From positions 39,246,001 to 39,310,000 of the forward strand of contig NC_042997.1 of NCBI RefSeq assembly GCF_006345805.1: a stretch of DNA of 64,000 nucleotides, written 5' to 3'. Under the pieces are notes generated by a model. It was not told the DNA's origin, searched no databases, and worked only from the letters and a program-made list of their open reading frames with translations. This DNA is from Octopus sinensis (Eukaryota). A program made the translations under genes and the position numbers. Of this stretch, positions 1 to 12,841 are shown piece after piece (within the stretch, counting starts at the first letter, position 1; each line of letters opens with the position of its first letter).

Positions 1-74
1 TTACTTTCAAAATCAATTAAAACAAAGGTAGCATATTTCTGTGGAAATATGGTAACAAAAACGGTTTAAAATGA

Positions 75-282
75 TACTCTCTTTACTCTTTTACTTGTTT
101 CAGTCATTTGACTGCGGCCATGCTGGAGCACCGCCTTTAGTCGAGCAAATCGACCCTGGAACTTATTCTTTGTAAGCCCAGTACTTATTCTATCGGTCTC
201 TTTTTGCCGAACCGCTAAGTGATGGGGACGTAAACACACCAGCATCGGTTGTCAGGCAATGCTAGGGGGACAAACACAGACG

Positions 283-340
<58 letters not shown>

Positions 341-507
341 TACAACAGGCTTCTTTCAGTTTCCGTCTACCAAATCCACTCACAAGGCATTGGTCGGCCC
401 GGGGCTATAGCAGAAGACACTTGCCCAAGATGCCATGCAGTGGGACTGAACCCGGAACCATGTGGTTGGTTAGCAAGCTACTTACCACACAGCCACTCCT
501 GTGCCTT
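75..507 (-). mobile_element. SINE-A (tRNA-derived head, CORE-like segment, internal (TA)n/(TG)n, AAAGAGT tail; octopus OR-type SINE-like)
   Basis: RC starts GGCACAGGAGTGGCTGTGTGGTAAG, B-box-like GGTTCAGTCC, CTTGGGCAAGTG; about 20 copies in the window. Confidence 0.85.
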
Positions 508-806
508 ATAAAGGGGAATTAAAAACTTCAATAGTAATATAAGTGTTATCAAGTATTAAATAGTAGGATTAGCACCAACAAGGATATTGATATATGTGTG
601 AAGATAACTTGGTTGTTTTTTTAATCATAAATCATTGAGTTCAGTTTGTTTCTTTCTCCCTTTGTTAAAACTGTGTGTAGTTCAAATGTACAAAAATCAG
701 AAGGTAGACAGGTGAGGAAAGAATAAACAAAAGTATTAGTTTGATGCTCAGGAATACACACACACACACATATATATATATATACATACATATATATATA
801 TATATA

Positions 807-962
807 GGGAGAATTCACAAAAAAAAACAAAAGATGAAGACAGGTGGTGTAGACAACAAACAGATGTATTAGTTTAATGCTTGGGAAGTGAAAAAGTCTT
901 TGTTTCGAGCCTATGCTCTTCCACAGAAAGGAACAAGGAGAGAAAATAAAGAATATGTAGTG
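807..962 (-). mobile_element. Penelope-like pLTR fragment (family P1) within a (TA)n tract
   Basis: Homologous to 4041-4318, 39761-39915 and 43193-43343; flanked by TA repeats; carries the hammerhead-like motif. Confidence 0.5.
896..930 (-). ncRNA. Defective hammerhead-like motif, family P1 (cleavage triplet missing)
   Basis: RC: CTTT-CTGTGGA-A-GAGC(ATAG)GCTC-GAAAC-[no GTH]-AAAG. Confidence 0.4.
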
Positions 963-1194
963 GCTATACATATATATACATATACATACATACATAATAT
1001 ATATATATATATTTATATATATATATATATACATACACATACATATATATACACATACATACACACACACTTATATATATATATATACATATGTACATAC
1101 ATATATATATATATATATATATTTACATACATATATATTATATGCGTGTGTGTGTGTGTATGTGTGTGTGTATATATATATAGATATATATGTA

Positions 1195-1535
1195 GTGAAG
1201 GCGCATGGCTCAGTGGTTAGAGCGTCGAGCTTACGATCGTGAGGTTGTGATCTCGAATCCCGGACCGGGCTGCGTGTTGTGTTCTTGAGCAAGGCACTTT
1301 ATTTCACGTTGCTCCAGTTCACTCAGCTGTAGAAATGAGTTGCGACGTCACAGGTGCCAAGCTGTATCGGTACTTGCCTTTCCCTTGGACAACATCGGTG
1401 ACGTGGAGAGGGGGGGGCCGGTATGCATGGGCGACTGCTGGTCTTCCATAAAACAACCTTGCCCAGACTTATGCCTCAGAGGGTATCTCTCTAGGTACAA
1501 ACCCATGGTCAGTGCCTGACCGAAGGGGGTTTTAC

Positions 1536-1539
<4 letters not shown>
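1195..1539 (+). mobile_element. SINE-B (tRNA-derived head GGCTCAGTGGTTAGAGCG...GAATCC)
   Basis: A-box and B-box-like motifs, CTTGAGCAAGGCACTT segment; sits in (TA)n. Confidence 0.8.
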
Positions 1540-1587
<48 letters not shown>

Positions 1588-1888
1588 ATACACTCACATA
1601 CACATTTTTTTAAAAGTCTATGGGAATTACTTAATACAGTTTTTGAAGTGTAAAGGTGATTTTTTTTAAAAAAAGTTATTTTTTAAAAAATGTTATGAAA
1701 TCTTTTATGAGGATGTTACTAACCTTTTTGGGGGGAAGAAGATTTTTTCTAGTAGATGTAAAGCACAATTTATTCGTAAACTGAGGTACTAGTGTACTAA
1801 ATTAATATGAGAAAGACAGGAGATTTATTTGTGATCAGAGTTGTTCAAAAACCAACGTTCTACTGTATATATATATATATATATATAT

Positions 1889-2101
1889 TCCTTGGGGCTG
1901 GCCGGATCGGAACGATCTCAAGATTAATCAGCCGAAATTCCGAGGATGATCCGGTTATTGACTGAAGATTGGAGGTTTCGAATGACCTGTCCGTTTTTTG
2001 TGTCGTCTCTTTGAGTGTTTTGCGTTCTTGTCCCATTTTGTATTTTTATATATATTTTTTATACATATATTATTGCGGCGTAACGTACATCTTGTTCTCT
2101 T
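1889..2101. mobile_element. Unclassified GC-richer, structure-prone repeat fragment between TA/TG microsatellites (family P3)
   Basis: Nested helices GGCCGGAT/ATCCGGTT and CGGAA/TTCCG; hairpin GGTTATT/AATGACC. Confidence 0.35.
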
Positions 2102-2102
2102 A

Positions 2103-2140
<38 letters not shown>

Positions 2141-2630
2141 CTTAATGTAGCTAAAACTAGTCTCAACCATGTACAAACTTGGGAATGTAAGTAGGAAACA
2201 TCTTAACAGCTTAACAACACTTGAGCCAACTTTTAAATGTTTTTATACATCTTCAAGATTTACTGAGTCTTTTATTTTTTAACTATGATTTAGCTTCAAG
2301 ACTGACACACATATCAATGGGCTCCTGTTGAAAGTATGAATGACTTCATTTTCTAATTTTACCTCAAACTCTTTCACCATCCAGTCAGCTTCAAGCATTT
2401 TCTTCTGGTTCTCAATGCACTCTCAAGAATCTCCTTGATTTTTTAAAAATGATTTCTGCATATATTTTGATTGAAATCTATTTTTCATCTTTTTCTAGTA
2501 GCTTTAAATTTGAAAAATGTTTTTAAAAAATGAAAATTTATCTGTGCACCAGTGATATGAAATGCCTAAGATTTTCTGGTCCAGAATCCTAGCAGCATAT
2601 TATTTTCTTTGGAGACAGTCCTGTTCTTCA

Positions 2631-2859
2631 TTAACCCTTTAGTGTTTAAACCGGCCACATCTGGCCCAGATATTCTACTTGCTTTATATTTGAACTAGCC
2701 ATATATAACCTCTCACACCTAACCTACAATGCCATTCTAAAAATAAGCAATCACATCATTGAAACCTCAAAGCTGTAAGACAATGCATGGGTAATTCAAA
2801 ACAATTTGAGTGAAAAAGTATTACATTTAACAGAGTAATCTGAACCCTAAAGGATTTAA
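2631..2859 (+). mobile_element. TTAA-flanked MITE (piggyBac-type, TIR CCCTTTAG)
   Basis: TTAACCCTTTAG...CTAAAGGATTTAA. Confidence 0.7.
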
Positions 2860-3004
2860 ATTTTGAATACAAGTCTGCTAAATAGAGCAGATGACTTTTC
2901 CACTTAACCAGCTTATCACAGTGATATAGACAATCTTGTAAAAAAAGAAAAAAAAAAAATTCTTAAGCTTTACCTTGAGAGCCATTTTACCCCAGTATGC
3001 AAAT

Positions 3005-3304
3005 ATTGGTTTCAAGGCCAACAGTTTTGAGGAAAGGGCTTACGCGATTACATCGACCCCAGTGCTTAACTGGTACTTACACTTTTACTCTTTTACTTGT
3101 TTCAGTCATTTGACTGTGGCCATGCTGGAGCACTGTCTTTAGTCGAGCAAATCGACCCCAGGACTTATTCTTTGTAAGCCTAGTACTTATTTTATCGGTC
3201 TCTTTTGACGAACCGCTAAGTTACGGGGACGTAAACACACCAGCATCGGTTGTCAAGCGATGTTGGGGGGACAAACAGACATACAAACATATACACACAC
3301 ACAT

Positions 3305-3371
<67 letters not shown>

Positions 3372-3670
3372 GATGATGATGATGATGATACGATATATAT
3401 ATGATGGGCTTCTTTCAGTTTCTGTCTACCAAATCCACTGGCAAGGCTTTGGTCGGCCCGAGGCTATAGTAGAAGACACTTGCCAGAACCCAGAACCATG
3501 TGGTTCTTAAGCAAGCTACTTACCACACAGCCACTGAAATTTTATCAGCCCTGAAATGATGAAAGGCAAAGTCAATCCCGGCAGCAATTTGAACTCAGAA
3601 CTTAAAAATAGACAAAATGCTGATAAGCATTTTGCTGCACATGCTAACGGTTCTGACAGCTTGCCACCTT
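3005..3670 (-). mobile_element. Older SINE-E split by SINE-A
   Basis: ATGAAAGGCAAAGTC...TTTGAACTCAG module at 3557-3600. Confidence 0.65.
3081..3535 (-). mobile_element. SINE-A, inserted into an older SINE-E
   Basis: Family match; SINE-E sequence resumes at about 3536. Confidence 0.8.
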
Positions 3671-4040
3671 CCAATATGCAAATATTAGTGTCCCATTTGA
3701 ATTTCTTTTCTATCATCACCATGCTGCATCACGAAATGCCATCAATTAAGTGGATATACTTTAATGTTATTGACTTATTGCATCTATTTTTAGGCTGTCA
3801 TTCAACATTATGTAGATTGTGAATATTTTCTTTCAAAAAACCAAAAAAAAAAAAAAAAAAGTAAATAGGTGCAGGAGTGGCTGTGTGGTAAGTAGCTTGT
3901 CTACAAACCACATGGTTCCGGGTTCAGTCCCACTGCGTGGCACCTTGGGTAAGTGTCTTCTACTATAGCCTCGGGCCGACCAAAGCCTTGTGAGTGGATT
4001 TGGTAGATGGAAACTGAAAGAAACCCGTCGTATATATATA

Positions 4041-4318
4041 TGACGGGAAGCTTTATGAAAATAGACAAAAGACGAAGGCAGGTGGAAAACAAACGAACAA
4101 TTGTATTAGTATGGCGCTCAGGAAATATAAATAAAACAAGTCTTTAACGTTTCGAGCCTACGCTCTTCAACAGAAAGATACACAGAGAGAGAAAAACACA
4201 GAAAGAAGGAGAGAAAAAAAATGCGTGCAGTAGCTAACGAATCAACATGGCGATCTGATTTCGGCCAGAGGTCAAAGATCAAACATGAGACGCGAGAGCG
4301 AAATAAGGGGAGATAATA
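4041..4318 (-). mobile_element. Penelope-like pLTR fragment (P1) inserted in the internal (TA)n of a SINE-A copy
   Basis: Interrupts SINE-A 3868-4540 exactly at its TA microsatellite. Confidence 0.55.
4140..4178 (-). ncRNA. Minimal hammerhead-like motif, family P1
   Basis: RC: TCTTT-CTGTTGA-A-GAGC(GTAG)GCTC-GAAAC-GTT-AAAGA. Confidence 0.5.
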
Positions 4319-4747
4319 TGCATGTGTATGTTTGTGTGTCTGTGTTTGTCCCCTAGCATTGCTTGACAACCGATGCTGGTGTGTTTATGTCCCCCGTCAC
4401 TTAGCGGTTCGGCAAAAGAAACCAATAGAATAAGTACTGGGCTTACAAAAGAATAAGTCCCGGGGTCGAGTTGCTCGACTAAAGGCGGTGCTCCAGCATG
4501 GCCGCAGTCAAATGACTGAAACAAGTAAAAGAGTAAAGAGAGAATCTTCTCTAATGCCCAAACATATTCAGGAGAACATTGTATTTCTTCATATACTCCT
4601 CCAAATATTAAAAAATTGTTTCACCTTTGGGATCAGTTTTAACCTTTCAGCATTCAGGTTATTCTGTCAAATGTAATGCTTATTTATACACCTTGTTTTG
4701 AATTAATCATGCATTATTTCATAGTTGTGAGATTTCAATGATGCGAT

Positions 4748-4938
4748 TCTTTTACTTGTTTCAGTCATTTGACTGCAGCCATACTGGAGCACCGCCTTTA
4801 GTCGAGCAAATCGACCCTGGGACTTATTCTATCGGTCTCTTTTACCGAACCGCTAAATTATGGGGACATAAACACACCAGCATCGGTTGTCAAGCGATGT
4901 TGGACACACACGCGCACAAAAACATATACACACACATG

Positions 4939-4992
<54 letters not shown>

Positions 4993-5154
4993 ACAGGCTT
5001 CTTTCAGTTTCTGTCTACCAAATGCACTCACAAGGCTTTGGTCGGCCCAAGGCTATATCAGAAGACACTTGCCCAAGGTACCTTGTAGTGGGACTGAACA
5101 TGGGACCATGTGGTTGGTAAGCAAGCTACTTACCACACAGCCACTCCTGCGCCT
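4748..5154 (-). mobile_element. SINE-A
   Basis: Family match with small internal deletions. Confidence 0.85.
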
Positions 5155-5933
5155 GTATGTCTTCTCTTGGAGTGGATGCGTAAGATAAAGGTGCACAGTG
5201 GTTTATTACAACTGCGTATCTTGAGTAGTTTTAAGAACGAAACAGCATCAATAAGTGGAGAACACATCAACAATTAAAAGCAGTTTAGTTGTGTTTACCA
5301 GTTTAATTTTTAAGTGGAAACAGCATTGCTCATCTGATAAGCAACAATTTAATTCAGTGTTTTGATAGTACTTCCTATTTATAGGAGGGCGGGTGATTTC
5401 GTTATAGAAACTGTGTCCTAACTTTTCATATTTTATCAAAATCTTATCAGGTTACATAATATACTAAATATTTCCTGTTAGAGTCATTGTCCTTTACTAT
5501 AATCCGAAAATAATAATTTCAAAATAATTCAATTTAAGGTATGTGACATTGGCTTCGATAACAGTTTACTAAAATATAGTAATTAGTTTTTGTGATTGAT
5601 TTTTTTTTTTTTTCGCATTAAGTTTTGTGATCAAATCTTACCAGGGTCAAGTTTTCCTTCACCCAGTACCGCAACAACAGTAACATTTTCTCTACTAAAG
5701 TGCAGACACCATAACAATAATTACATCATAGCTCCCCTTTTGAAGCAGTGTTTTTTGGCCAGATACCCTTTCTGTTGCTATCCCTTTTATTCACCTCTAG
5801 TAACATCATCATCGTTTAACATGTTTTCCATGCTAGCATGGGTTGGACGGTTTAACATATAGAGATAAAGTATACCTATTCTAAAACTGGTATACGCACA
5901 GTTAATATCTGTACTTATTTTATCAGTAACAAA

Positions 5934-6214
5934 AGCACCATCCGAATGTGGCTGGCTTCCGTGCCACTGGCACGTTAAAAGCTCCAATCGATTGTGGCCG
6001 ATGCCGGATGCCCCCCTGGCACCTGTGCAGGTGGCACGTAAAAAGCACCCACTACACTCACGGAGTGGTTGGCATTAGGAAGGGCATCCAGCCGTAGAAA
6101 CTCTGCCAGATCAGACTGGAGCCTGGAGCAGCCCCTGTCTTCCCAGACCCCGGTTGAACTGTCCAACCCGTGCTAGCGTGGAAAACGGACGTTAAACGAT
6201 GATGATGATGATGA
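5934..6214 (+). mobile_element. RTE 3' UTR fragment (family D)
   Basis: Ends CCCGTGCTAGCGTGGAAAACGGACGTTAAAC(GAT)n. Confidence 0.75.
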
Positions 6215-6240
6215 TACAGTTATTAATTTAATTAGTAGTA

Positions 6241-6452
6241 TTGGCTTCAAATTTTAGCACAAAGCCAGAAATTTTGTGGAAGGGGCTAAGTTGATTTGAT
6301 TGACTCCCAGTGCTCAACTAGTACTTATTTTATCAACCCTGAAAGGATGAAAGGCAAAGTTGACTTCAGTGGAATTTGAAATCAAAACATAAAGATGGAC
6401 AAGGCACAAAGCCTTTTGCCTGGCATGCTATCGATTCTGCCAGCTTGCCACC
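6241..6452 (-). mobile_element. Older SINE-E
   Basis: Diverged family match; similar relics at about 48160-48290, 50620-50800 and 60165-60365. Confidence 0.65.
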
Positions 6453-7324
6453 CTAATTTAATCAGTTGAAGAAACCAGTATAATAACTAGCTTGGACATT
6501 AATCTAATTTTCATTTCTTATTGTTATATTCTGGTACCTTGGCATTGTGTTAATTAAAAATCCTATCAAACAAATTGGAAAACAGATGGCAAAGGTTCTG
6601 GATATTTCCAATTAAGTTGAACACTATATCAAGTCAGACTGTAACTAGATTATTTATCAAAGTTAAATAGCCATGGTAGGATTCTGAGAGCAAAATAATT
6701 TACATTACTGATTGCTTTTTCAGTTTCTTAATTTTGCAAGAGGGGAAATAAACTAATAAGGAATTAACTCTTACAAATTTAGAATTTTATCAGCTTTTGA
6801 ATTCTTTATGGCCTACCACAAAATCTGGTGCAATAGCAATTCCAATTTCATTCAGATCATTTATATTTCTTCCGCTATATCCAGTAGTCATCAACTCCAT
6901 TTAAAGGCATTGATCAGAATTCCTTCTGACTTGTACAAACAGACCCATTGCCAGGTAACTAAGTTTATTCTTTGCTGTCTTAATTTGAATATTAAGTTGG
7001 TGTGATTCACTAGTGAATTTATCTTGCTTCTTTTGCAAATTTATCCCAAAGTCCATATATCGACTGAAAACATTTATTGAATTGTGATATTACCTGGCTG
7101 TGATTTACAATTCTCTGCTACAGTGATTTCTCATAATAAAAGTCAATAATCCAAATATTCATTTACTGGGCTTTCTCTCAAAAGGAAAAAGAAACAGCAA
7201 TATATTTAATACCTCTTGATCAAGAAACTATATTACATCTCAATTCTGCACATTTCTTTTTGGGAGTTGTCCTGTAATATATTTAGAATCAATAAAATAA
7301 CTATATTGATGCATTAAGTATTTT

Positions 7325-7920
7325 CTCACACCCTTTGTGTCTCAGAAATAGTTTCTTGGGACATGACTACTGAGGACATGTGTAAGCTTGCAAAGAATGA
7401 AGCTGGTATGCTCCACTGGATGTGTAATGTGCATACTCGACAGTGTAAGTACCTTGAGAGAAAAGTTGGACCTAAGAAACATCAGATGTGGTATGCAAGA
7501 GAGACGACTGCGCTGGTATGGTCATGTGGTGAGAATGGATGAGGATAGCTGTATGAAAAGGTGCCACACCCTAGCGGTTGCGGGGAACCTGTGGAAGAGG
7601 TAGACCTAGGAAGACCTGGGATGAGGTGGTGAAGCACAACCTTCAAACATTAGGCCTCACCGAAGCAATGACTAGTGACTGAGACCTTTGGAAATATGCT
7701 GTGCTTGAGAAGACCCGGCAAGCCAAGTGAGACTCTAATCCATGGCCTATGCCAGGGGTGTAACCAGCCCACTTATGCATACCTTTCCTTCATTGGACAC
7801 TAAACTCTGCTTGTGAAAACCTGTTGAGGCAAGTGAAATCGAAATCAAATTCAATGACTGGCATCCGTGCTAGTGGAGCGCTAAGAGCACCATCTGAGCA
7901 TGATCATTGCGAGAGCAGCT
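7325..7920 (+). mobile_element. RTE-clade LINE, 3' end of ORF2 plus start of 3' UTR (frameshifted)
   Basis: LREKLDLRNIRCGMQERRLRWYGHVVRMDED...GRGRPRKTWDEVVK. Confidence 0.85.
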
Positions 7921-8434
7921 GAAAATACCTAACCCATTACTTATTGGACATTAGAACATGGGCCTTTGTTAGAATTCTTCTTTTGGCCATTATGCAAATT
8001 AGAATTTTTTGTTCTGTCTCAAGTATTCTCTTTCATCTTTCTCGGAAGACACAACTTCTATGGCTTTATATCCTGAAATAAACCCAAACTGTACCTTTTA
8101 ATCATCTCCATCATGTACTAGCTTGTCTGTCTCTTTTCTGTTGCCTTTATTGCATCAAACTTTAGTTTAACTCTTTCGTATTTAAACTAGTCATATCCAA
8201 CCCAAATATTCAACCTATTCTATGTTCAAACTGACCAAATCTCACTCCTCACACCTACCTTACAATGTCATTCTAGAAATATACAATCACATCACCAAAA
8301 TCTCAAAGCTACAAGATAATGCATGATTAACTGAAAATTCCTTCACTCAACAAACATTCCTCAAAAAACATAATTTCTTCTCTCTTCCATTTAAGCACTA
8401 CTGAGTGATTGTCTATATCAATATTATAATATTA

Positions 8435-8829
8435 CTAGCAGTATCACCAGGCGTTGCTCAGGTTTGTTTCGACCCTTTAGAATTAGAATTTTTGAAAAGT
8501 AAAAATTGTGCATTATGTAGCTTGTTATTCTCTTTAAGTGAACATTTTTCTGGTTGAAATACACCGAAAAATGGTGACGCAGCAGTCAAAAAATCGTAAA
8601 AAGTAGGGATTTTCATAGAAAAAAAAAGCACCTTTTTTGAAGTAAATAATTTTTGGTGTTAACATGGTCCGATTTGAATTTTTTCTTCTACGGAAGGAAG
8701 AGCAAGCCTTCTTCTATCATACTCTCAATTTTGGTCAACTTGTGCCACAGAGTCTCAGAGGAGATAGTGTTAGTTGAAGGCTACCAAACCTGCCATACAC
8801 AGACAACTTCAGCTTTATATGTAGAGAGA
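8435..8829 (-). mobile_element. Non-autonomous Helitron (related family, different interior)
   Basis: RC: A|TCTCTCTACATATAAAGCTGAAG...CCTGAGCAACGCCTGG...CTAG|T. Confidence 0.7.
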
Positions 8830-10325
8830 TTTATTAAACAGTTTGTCATAGTGACCCTTCTGCACTGCTGTCTTTTTAATGTTGCCGAGAACTAATACAC
8901 CATAAATAGTTGCCAACATATATTTTAATGCTTACCTGGTTTAACTGACACATTGTCTTGCATTTCAAAACCTGTCATAGAAAATATATTTGTTCTTTGT
9001 TTCTTTGCTGGCTAATTGAGCTTCTTGTTAATTTTTTTTTTTCTCCAGTTTTAAAGATACTGTTTGTTATAACTGCCTTTCTTTTCATGCCATCTAAGCC
9101 TGTTTTGTCCCTATTTGATATGTCTAAGCCTTTATACCATCCAAGGATTATATATAAACCATTTATGTATCTGGTTCACAGCGAAATTGATTTACCTCTT
9201 GATTGATAATTAACCCATTTATAAACTAGTTTTCTAATGAGTGCGTATAACATTTGATATGAAGTAATTCGCATAAGGGCCTAGCTAGAGCTACTTATTC
9301 ACTTTGTTCCTATTACTGTATCCATTGCCTTCATGCATGCCATTATCTGTCCTATAAAAATAATTGCTTAGTTATCAAGGACCTCATTTCTATGTTTCGT
9401 AAAGCCCTTCTCATTTACCTAATGCTTGTGTCGTACATGTGAAGAACTATTTCTCAGAACCCTGCACTAAATATTTCAACACAGCAACTTCTTTCCCAAG
9501 ACTATACTTCTGGAATTCCAACCCTGCCACTATCTTTTCTCACATATACTGATCTACAGATATTCTGGGGAGACCCGGACTGGTTTCCATCTCTTCCAAT
9601 TATCTTATTTTTCAAAAAAAAAATAATAATAAATAAATATAGATGAATGGTAACAGTTTATGCTAATTGGATGCAAACTAAGAAACAAGGTTATGTACTT
9701 TGCTAAGGAGTCTTTATCATCTCACAGCCATTAGATTCCTTTATTCAACTTTGCTATATTGATTCAATCCATCTCTTTACTAAAGGTCTGTTAATTATCA
9801 TTGTCAACTACTCAGAACATATGCATTTTCTGTGGTCATTTTGTTGGGGTTTAACTTTTCACCTGATGTCCTGCATGTAACACATCATGTTACAACTTAC
9901 CTTTCAGCCAGTCTACATCCTAGATGTTTTGTGAGGTTAAAAGTGAGGTGGCATTGAAAAGGTGACCATATGTGCTCACAACTACTTAGAAACCTAAAAC
10001 AACAAAAGCATGGTACACATTTGCAAGTGACAGCTGGCTTTACTGTACTATTTTCTTAGCCATACAGGCTGTTCATAAATTACTTGTACAACTACCACAA
10101 TTTATTGTATCTGTTAAAATTGAGATCCATTGATGTACTTTTATTAGAAGTGTCAAAACACATGGAAGTGTTCAGATGTTTCTAATAAAACTTTGCCTGT
10201 TTTCAATAAGCTCTGCTGAGTTATCCTTATTTTTCATTTTTATCTGAATTTTTCAAATTGTAAAGATAATTTATGGACACCTTGTTTTTTTTTTTATGCC
10301 AGCTAACTTGAACCAATTATATACA

Positions 10326-10553
10326 TTAACCCATTATCATTCAGATTACTCTGTCAAATGTAAAGCCTGTTTAATTACATTATTTTAAATTAATTGTACA
10401 GCACCTTGCAACTCTGAGGTTTTGATGATGTCCCTGTTTATTTTTAGAATGACTTTGTAGGGTAGGTGTGAGAGGTCAGAGCTGGCTGGTTTGAGCATAT
10501 AACAGGAAGACAATTTTGGCTTGGTATGGCCGGTTTAAACACTAAAGGGTTAA
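10326..10553 (-). mobile_element. TTAA MITE (same family)
   Basis: TTAACCCATTA...CTAAAGGGTTAA; partial relics at about 4637-4747, 8167-8340, 19722-19888 and 36075-36175. Confidence 0.7.
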
Positions 10554-10689
10554 GGCTTTGTTAGTATAATTTGATCCTTTCCTTCTTTCAATTAGTCATA
10601 CATTTATCAATATTTATAATACGGCAAGTATATTGAAATGAAAGAATACTTAACTTGAAAAATCTTCATAAAACATGAAGAATGTTTTA

Positions 10690-11084
10690 GGCATAGGAGT
10701 GGCTGTGTGGTAAGTAGCTTGCTTACCAACCACATGGTTCCATGTTCAGTCCCACTGCGTGGCACCTTGGGCGAGTGTCTTCTACTATAGCCTCGGGCCG
10801 ACCAAAGCCTTGTGAGTGGATTTGGGAGACGGAAACTGAAAGAAGCCTGTCGTATATATGTGTATATATATGTATGTGTATGTGTGTTTGTTTGTTTGTT
10901 CCCCTAGCATTGCTTGACAACCGATGCTGGTGTGTTTATGTCCCTGAAACTTAGCGGTTCGGCAAGAGAGACCGATAGAATAAGTACTGGGCTTACAAAG
11001 AATAAGTCCCGGGGTTGAGTTGCTCGATTGAAGGTGGTGCTCCAGCATGGCTGCAGTCAAATGAGTGAAACGAGTAAAAGAGTA
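10690..11084 (+). mobile_element. SINE-A
   Basis: Full-length family match. Confidence 0.85.
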
Positions 11085-11589
11085 ATGTTAATAGGGCACC
11101 AATATTTCAAAGATTATAATAATACAAAATAAATAGCAATTTTATTTGGAATACAGTTGCTGGTTGCTACTAGATACACTTCATTAGCTTTTCCAAGTCA
11201 TCATCTTTATAAAAGAAACATTTGTAGGTAGCTTAAGGGAACGCAGTAACATCCAATGCATATGCACACATACATAATTGGTATAAGAGGCTGATTGTTT
11301 AGCTGAAAAGAATAGTGTTAATGTAATCAGAATTGATAGTCAGTATTGGAGTACATGGTTTTATACAGGTGATTCATTCATTCAGAAAACATGTATCCCA
11401 TGTTTGAATTTATTTTGTTTTATTGTTAATGGAAATTATCAAAATTTACAATTGTTAAAAGGGGGAGACAGACAGACAGACAACCAGACACAGGAAACTA
11501 ATGAATGGTGGATGGCAAGTGAATAAAACCTGTAACGAGTTTTAATTACAACTTTTAGATGTGTGTGTGTGTGTGTGTGTGTGTAGACA

Positions 11590-11764
11590 TGGTTGTGTGG
11601 TAAGAAGTTTGCTTCCCAACCACATAGTTCTGGGTTCAGTTCCACTGTGTGGCACCTTGAGCAAGTGTCTTCTGTTATAGCCTTGAACCGACCAAAGTCG
11701 TGAGTGGATTTGGTACGCAGAAACTGAAAGAAGCCCGTTGTGTGTATGTATGTGTGTATGTATG

Positions 11765-11803
<39 letters not shown>
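11590..11803 (+). mobile_element. SINE-A 5' half ending in microsatellite
   Basis: Head and CORE-like part only. Confidence 0.75.
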
Positions 11804-11804
<1 letters not shown>

Positions 11805-11808
<4 letters not shown>

Positions 11809-12144
11809 AGGCGCATGGCTCAGTGGTTAGAGCGTCGAGCTTACGATCGTGAGGTTGTGAGCTCGAATCCCGGACCGAGCTGTGTGTTGTGTTCTTGAGC
11901 AAGACACTTTATTTCCCGTTGCTCTAGTTCACTCAGCTGTAGAAATGAGTTGCAACGTCACTGGTGCCAAGCTGTATCGGCCCCTTTACGTTTCCCTTGG
12001 ATAACACTGGTGGCGTGGAGAGGAGAGGCCGGAATGCATGGGCGACTGCTGGTCTTCCATAAGCAATCTTGCCCGGACTTGTGCCTGGGAGGGTAACTTT
12101 CTAGGTGCAATCCCATGGTCTGTGTCGTGACTGAAGGGGGTCTC
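11805..12144 (+). mobile_element. SINE-B
   Basis: Near-identical head to 1195; sits in (TA)n. Confidence 0.8.
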
Positions 12145-12470
12145 ATATATATACTCACAATTATGTTGATGCAAACAGGAAAAATAGAACTCAAAATATG
12201 AGTTTATGTATATTTTTTATTAATATTTAGCAGAAGTAACAGAATGTCAAAAGGTCTGAGAACTTTGTGTGTTGGCACTTATATATATTGTTAGTAAATC
12301 ATAAATCTGAAAGAGGAGCACACTGTAAGTTATAGAGCAGTAGAGTATTTAAAGATAGCTATGGCCAGTTCATAGGGTTAACCAGGGTTTCACATCCATA
12401 AAGCACTTAGTTTTACATACTTCTCATCAGGCCTGCTAGCCATTAGGGTTTGATGAGGTGTGCGTAAAGC

Positions 12471-12841
12471 TCTTTTACTTGTTTCGGTCATTTGACTGTG
12501 GCCATGCTGGAGCACCGCCTTTAGTCAAGCAAATTGACCCCAGGGCTTATTCTTTGTAAGCCTAGTACTTATTCTATTGGGGGTTTTTTTGCCGAACCGC
12601 TAAGTTACGGGTTGTCAAGCAATGTTGTGGGGGACAAACAGAGACACAAACATACACACATCTATATACATATATACGACGGGCTTCTTTCAGTTTCCGT
12701 CTACCAAATCCACTCATAAGGCTTTGGTTGGCCCGAGGCTATAGTAGAAGACACTTGCACAAGGTGCCACGCAGTGGGACTGAACCCAGAACCATGTGGT
12801 TGGTAAGCAAGCTACTTACCACACAGCCATGCCTACGCCTA
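12471..12841 (-). mobile_element. SINE-A
   Basis: Family match, internal deletion. Confidence 0.8.

Larger units (their letters stand above)
3868..4540 (+). mobile_element. SINE-A interrupted by P1 fragment
   Basis: Head 3868-4040, tail 4319-4540. Confidence 0.85.

Noticed and set aside
1195-1270. tRNA-like heads here and at 11805, 24971, 38190-38261 and 42510-42585
   Set aside because: They continue into SINE bodies and lack a complete cloverleaf; SINE heads, not tRNA genes.
259-1292. ORFs rich in YI/HT/CV dipeptides here and at 21707-22077, 40726-41735 and 43152-44037
   Set aside because: Translations of (TA)n/(CA)n/(TATG)n microsatellites, not genes.
6905-6960. Candidate first coding exon ending ATT GCC AG|gtaact (...PIAR)
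   Set aside because: In-frame stop 13 codons upstream, no ATG, weak acceptor.
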